Both the position numbers and the translations under genes were made by a program. From assembly GCA_964016885.1 (NCBI GenBank), contig OZ024743.1, forward strand, positions 33,790,001 to 33,854,000: 64,000 nucleotides of DNA, in the 5' to 3' direction. This DNA comes from Eledone cirrhosa (taxonomy: Eukaryota). Below the pieces are notes generated by a model. The model ran no database searches. It saw only the letters and a list, made by a program, of their open reading frames with translations, and was not told where the DNA came from. Shown here one piece after another: positions 59,212 through 64,000 of the stretch; position 1 is the first letter of the stretch, and each line of letters starts with the position of its first letter.

Positions 59212-60040
59212 CTATCTACCTCCGTATCTGACCAGCAGCTGAGATGTGAAACATCAGATTTGATGACATTGGATGGCAACAGGCCACTTTACCTGTCAGA
59301 TATGGCGACCTTGGCCTCCGGTCCCCGATCTCCCTTGCTTTGTCAGCGTGTCTTTCATTGGTAACCTCAAGCCGTGTGCTCGTCAGCAGGGTTTTCCAAA
59401 ACAATGGAACCCTCTGTGATCAGGGAATGTGAGGTTGCTTGTGAGACATGGGACCGGCTGGGACTTAGCTCAGTAGACGTCCCTCCTCCTCCCTCTGCTG
59501 ATGTCAAGTCACCCCAAAGCATTTGGGATGCCATCCAGTGCAGCCTGGCCTCAGACAGGCTCACGTGCCAGCACCACCTTGCTTGTTTTCGTGCGGCCTC
59601 CAAGTGGTGCCTGGTTCCATGCCTTGCCCTCTTTCTCCACTGGCACACAGCTGGATAACAATAGCCTGCACATTGGTGTTTACTTGAGGCTTGGCCTCCA
59701 GATCTGCGAGCCATACCAATGTCGCTGTGGATCCACCGTGGACTCTTTCGGCCTCCACCCGCTTCCCTGTCGCCACAATGCCGGCCACTTTCCACGTCGT
59801 GCTGCCCTCAATGTCTCTGACAGGTTTGCAGTCATACCCATGGCAGTAGAGACCTCTGGTGTCCTCGTCCCTCGTCCCTAGAGCTACCTACCTACTCACC
59901 ACCATAGGCGCTGAGCCGGCCAGCCACAGGTGTGAGCCTCATGAGTTGGAATGGCTCTTCCAGCGCGTCTCCCTTGCCGTCCTCTGAGGAAACACCTTCT
60001 CCATTCTGTCCGCTGGGGCTGTGGGGAGGCCACCAATATG
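59212..60040 (+). pseudogene. CRE-clade non-LTR retrotransposon 3' remnant, internally deleted
   Basis: WQQATLPVRYGDLGLR; LRLGLQICEPYQCRCGSTVDSFGLHPLPC; PMAVETSG; LFQRVSLAV across broken frames. Confidence 0.8.
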
Positions 60041-60719
60041 ATTGACTGACTTGTCATTTTATCAGTCAACCTGCTATTTGTTTCAATATATCTATCTGTT
60101 TCCTTCAGTAAACTTTACAGACAAAAATACTTCCTGGATCTTGTTTATGTTGTCACCTATATTTATATTATGCACATAGTGATTCCACATTTTATAGTCC
60201 AGCTGATTGTAGTTGAACTGCCTTATCCTCATACCCAAAACCAAGCAGCTTCTCTCACAGCCATACCATGAAATGAAATATATAAGACTATGATCATATT
60301 TGCTACTGCCTTACTTCCTCTACAACCCCTTCTCATTCCTTCTGTATGTCATATCTGTGTATGTGTATGATGCATCGAATTTCATTTACATATTTGTACA
60401 CCTGCATACTTTGGCTAGTTCATATGCATGTGGTCACTCACACCTCTACCCTCCCACAGCAGCCAAATAGACTAGTTTTTGAAACATAAATACTCTTTTC
60501 CTACTATATCAAGCGTTAAAATAATATATTTCTTCATCGTACTGTGTTGTTTGTTATATTGTTTCTGTTTACTTTTTGCACACACATACACACACATTGG
60601 GTAATCAATATGTTGGGTCACGATGATATCTTTTCAGTTGCAGATCATGGGTTAGTGGCAAAAATGCTCTCTTATTTGTAAATAATCTTTAAGACTATTG
60701 TCTTGTCTATTGTCCATTT

Positions 60720-61210
60720 GTTACTGTCTCCTGTGACTGTGCTTGATGATGTCAGTAATGTCATTGATATAGATAATCAAGAGATGTTGGCCTAACACAG
60801 TGCCTTGTGGAACGCCATAACTGACTTTGGTTGGGTTTAATTGTACTCCTTCAACTACAACATGTTGGGTTCTGTTTGTCAAGAAACATTTGATCCATTG
60901 CAGTAACTTTCCAGAAACATCAATGTTGGATAGTTTTTTTTTCAGTAGAATGTTGTGCTCAACCCTGTCAAAGGCCTTGCTGAAATCAAAGTATATGACA
61001 TCAGTGTTGGATCCATCTCCCAAAGCTCTTAAACTGTCGTCAAAGTGATGCAGGAGCTGAGTTAAGCAGTCCCTTCCATTATGGAACCTAAGTTGGTTGG
61101 AGTTCAGCAGATTGTTGCTTTCAAGAAAGTGAGTTATTTATGATCTAACCACCCTCTCAAATACCTTAATGATATGAGAGGTGAGTGAGATTGGACGGTA
61201 ATTCACTGCC
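60720..61210 (-). pseudogene. Older fragment of the CR1-group LINE family at 30168-32199
   Basis: [33 protein letters not shown]; clear nucleotide similarity to 31155-31625. Confidence 0.88.
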
Positions 61211-61757
61211 TAATGGCTAAAACTGATAAAATAATAAATATATCTAACACATTTTGATGCATCAATATGACATGTATGGTTATATGGAATGTTAGGGCAT
61301 TATTTTTCTTGTTATAACAGAAAACAGAAAATTATTGTGCAGTGTTCGGTAAACCCATACGTACACATATATATATGTGTGCATGTATGTATATATATAT
61401 ACATACTACTGTACGTCTGTATACATATATGTATGTACGTATACATACTTATATATTGTGCAGTGTAATACTTGTTTAAAATGTAATAATAGCAGTGTGA
61501 AATGTTCACCTAATAATTTTAAAATACTAAACAATTTCAATAAAAACTAAGAAGTGCATTGACTATCATTTCTTCAAATGTGTTTTTGTATAGGATTTCC
61601 AACAAACATGCACACGCACACACACACGCACACACACACGCAGAGACAGAGACAGACATTTAACATAGATGTTATTTGTGTGTTAGTTGTGTTATTGAAG
61701 TAGGGAAAGCAATCTCCCTTAAGCATTCAAATTCAAGTGGTAGCCTTGGATGTAACA

Positions 61758-61943
61758 CAGGTGGATTGGCAGTGTCGGTAGAGGGTCGGATGCCATGCTT
61801 TGACACATAGAGTTACGGCCCTTGCCATTCTGAGTTCGAATCCCACTGAGGTTAACTTTGCCTTTCATCCTTACGGGGTCGATAAAATAAAGTACCAGTA
61901 ATGCACTGGGTAATTGCTGGCCTTGTGCCAAAAAGTAGAAACA
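61758..61943 (+). mobile_element. SINE family B
   Basis: Similar to the 50710 and 57379 copies. Confidence 0.88.
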
Positions 61944-62234
61944 ATTTGTTTAGAGAGAGAGAAAAAGACAGATTTAATGTGTGAGTGCAGAGCTGTTAAG
62001 AAATTAGGCAGCTTCTGTCTGTGTTAGGGTGGCCAAAAATGTTGAACCACAAGTAGCAGTCATAGGTGACCATAGTGTGTTTGTGTTAGATGAAGGAGAG
62101 GGAAGGAATTGCCAGGGTCTGTCATGCCATATATACTTTTAGATGACGTCATGGCTATTTTTGTCAGTGTCGTCATAGTTATTTTAGTCTGCATTTTCAT
62201 ACCAGCCAATTTAACCCAGGGATAATTTTGCTGC

Positions 62235-62275
<41 letters not shown>

Positions 62276-62984
62276 TATATGCAACCCCCCCCCCCCCCTC
62301 CCTATACACATACATTTTCCTCATTCATTGCATTTTTTTCCTATTCAAATTTTATTGCTGTCTAGGTAGGAAACACAAAAGCTATATTTTCAATATAATG
62401 AATAAGATAGATGATGTCTTTTTTTTTAAAATATCAATGTCATTATAATTATAGAACTCACATTATTCAATATATATGCTTTTAGAACTGCTATTATTTA
62501 ACTAGAACATATAAATCAACACCTTATTGAAACCACCCAAACCTAGAACTAAAACTGATACATTCTAGAATAAATGAAAATTAGAACAGACATTTGAGCT
62601 AGTAATAAATGTTTTAAAGCCTGCGTCTTACAGATCCATAAGCTAACAGCAGTAGTATTCACAGTGTGATTGTAGGAATTCATATCTTTTCTTAGTGTTC
62701 TTACCACACACATTATAAATATGTATGTATTTATGTATCTGAATATGTACATCAAGCGATTACATGCTATATATTTTTAAAAAATAGATCTCTTTAGAGA
62801 TTTACCATCATGCATGCACAGTAATATGCAAATGCATAGCTGGACTGTTTTTGATCAATGTCATTTCAGCCACGACCACCCTTTCCTTTTAAACATGTGT
62901 CTTGGATAACATTATTCAACAAATCTTTAAGAGTGTGGTTACTGCTATTTCTAGCAGGTTCAGCGATTATGTAGAAAATGAAAA

Positions 62985-63190
62985 GAAAATGTATTATGCT
63001 CCGATACTATGGGCATGTGGTTAGAATGTCTCAGAAAAGAATTGCTGGACAGATTTTACGAGCAAAACCAACCGGCAGGGGACAAAGGTTTAGATCCCAA
63101 GCAAAATGGTTGGGGATCCAACCAGATCAGCTGGTAGGAGTGTTTAAAGACACTTCCCCCACGGCCTTCTTAAGAATAAGTGGGTGAAGA
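62985..63190 (+). pseudogene. RTE-like LINE C-terminal remnant
   Basis: LRYYGHVVRMSQKRIAGQIL..PTGR. Confidence 0.65.
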
Positions 63191-64000
63191 AGGGGAAGAC
63201 AATTAAGAAATGTTCTAAATCTGGTGCATGCATGTACTTGATGGAAATAAATCCTCCATTCAATTTCTGTTGTGATAATGGACAGGTGCTATAACCACCC
63301 CCTCCTGAGATTATTGAACTGTTAAATTAAACTACTGACAAGTGTATCTAATTTAGATATAATATTAGGGCTTATAGCTCATACTTCAGCTATCACACTC
63401 AACAACTGGTACTAATTAAATGTATTGTAATTAATTAGACAATAGATGGTGAAGTCTTCCATCGATTACCCTTATATTGAATTGCCTCCACATAAGAACC
63501 ATGACCATTGGCAGTTTCCATTGCTATTTCCATCTAAACTCACACACACTTATATAAGATAAAGGGCCTTTAATTCATGATTGTGTCATATATGAAGCCT
63601 TAATGGAACAAAGGATGGTAGCATGAGAAACAAAAATTATGGTTTTGCTGCATGTAGTTTGAACTATAATGTTAAAAACACAATAAAAACCAAGAACTTA
63701 GTATTGTTTTATGCTAGGGGTGAAGTGTTCTAATATTGTTATATACCACCATCTCCTCAAGGAAGAATTTAGCCAGTTTATCAGTGTCTCTATAAATTAG
63801 TTTTTCCAAAATTCAGTGTCTCTCAGTGGGTGTCTACCATATTGATTTCTTGGGATAACAGAAATATAACATTCTTTGCAGTAGGCAGGTTGATGTTGAG
63901 AATATTATTGACAGAAAAGTAAGGAAAATAAAGGATAGAACATTTAAATCCTGATGGAATTGTAGAGATACCATCCTGATACAAGACATATCTAGGGCAT

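Noticed and set aside
63889-63918. Possible 30-nt micro-exon (AG|VDVENIIDRK|GTAAG)
   Set aside because: Too short to distinguish from chance without transcript evidence

Overview
AT-rich eukaryotic non-coding DNA. The SINE families resemble those I recall from octopus/cephalopod genomes (inference). No host gene could be identified. Positions ~6.7-49.3 kb are a giant (TA)n/(TATG)n microsatellite field holding more than 25 nested retroelement insertions. These include an R4/Dong-like RLE LINE, CR1/L2-group LINEs, two RTE LINEs (one with an internal PHD-like finger, one with three C-terminal C2H2 fingers), five copies of a bipartite non-autonomous RTE derivative, tRNA-derived SINEs and a Penelope-like GIY-YIG element. 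The most notable signal is a set of short non-coding inserts carrying type I hammerhead ribozyme motifs: 8 motifs of 6 distinct sequence types, folded by eye. They include a U3-A8 core variant, a U4C variant and a ~105-nt stem II. Two inserts are longer than one unit (periods ~462 and ~591 nt) and several have inverted arms. This fits a microsatellite-targeting retrozyme / non-autonomous Penelope system with a candidate helper in the same window. All long Y/I/C/M/V/H/T-rich ORFs are microsatellite artefacts. The flanks hold older SINEs with TSDs, MITEs and decayed CRE/RTE/CR1 remnants.
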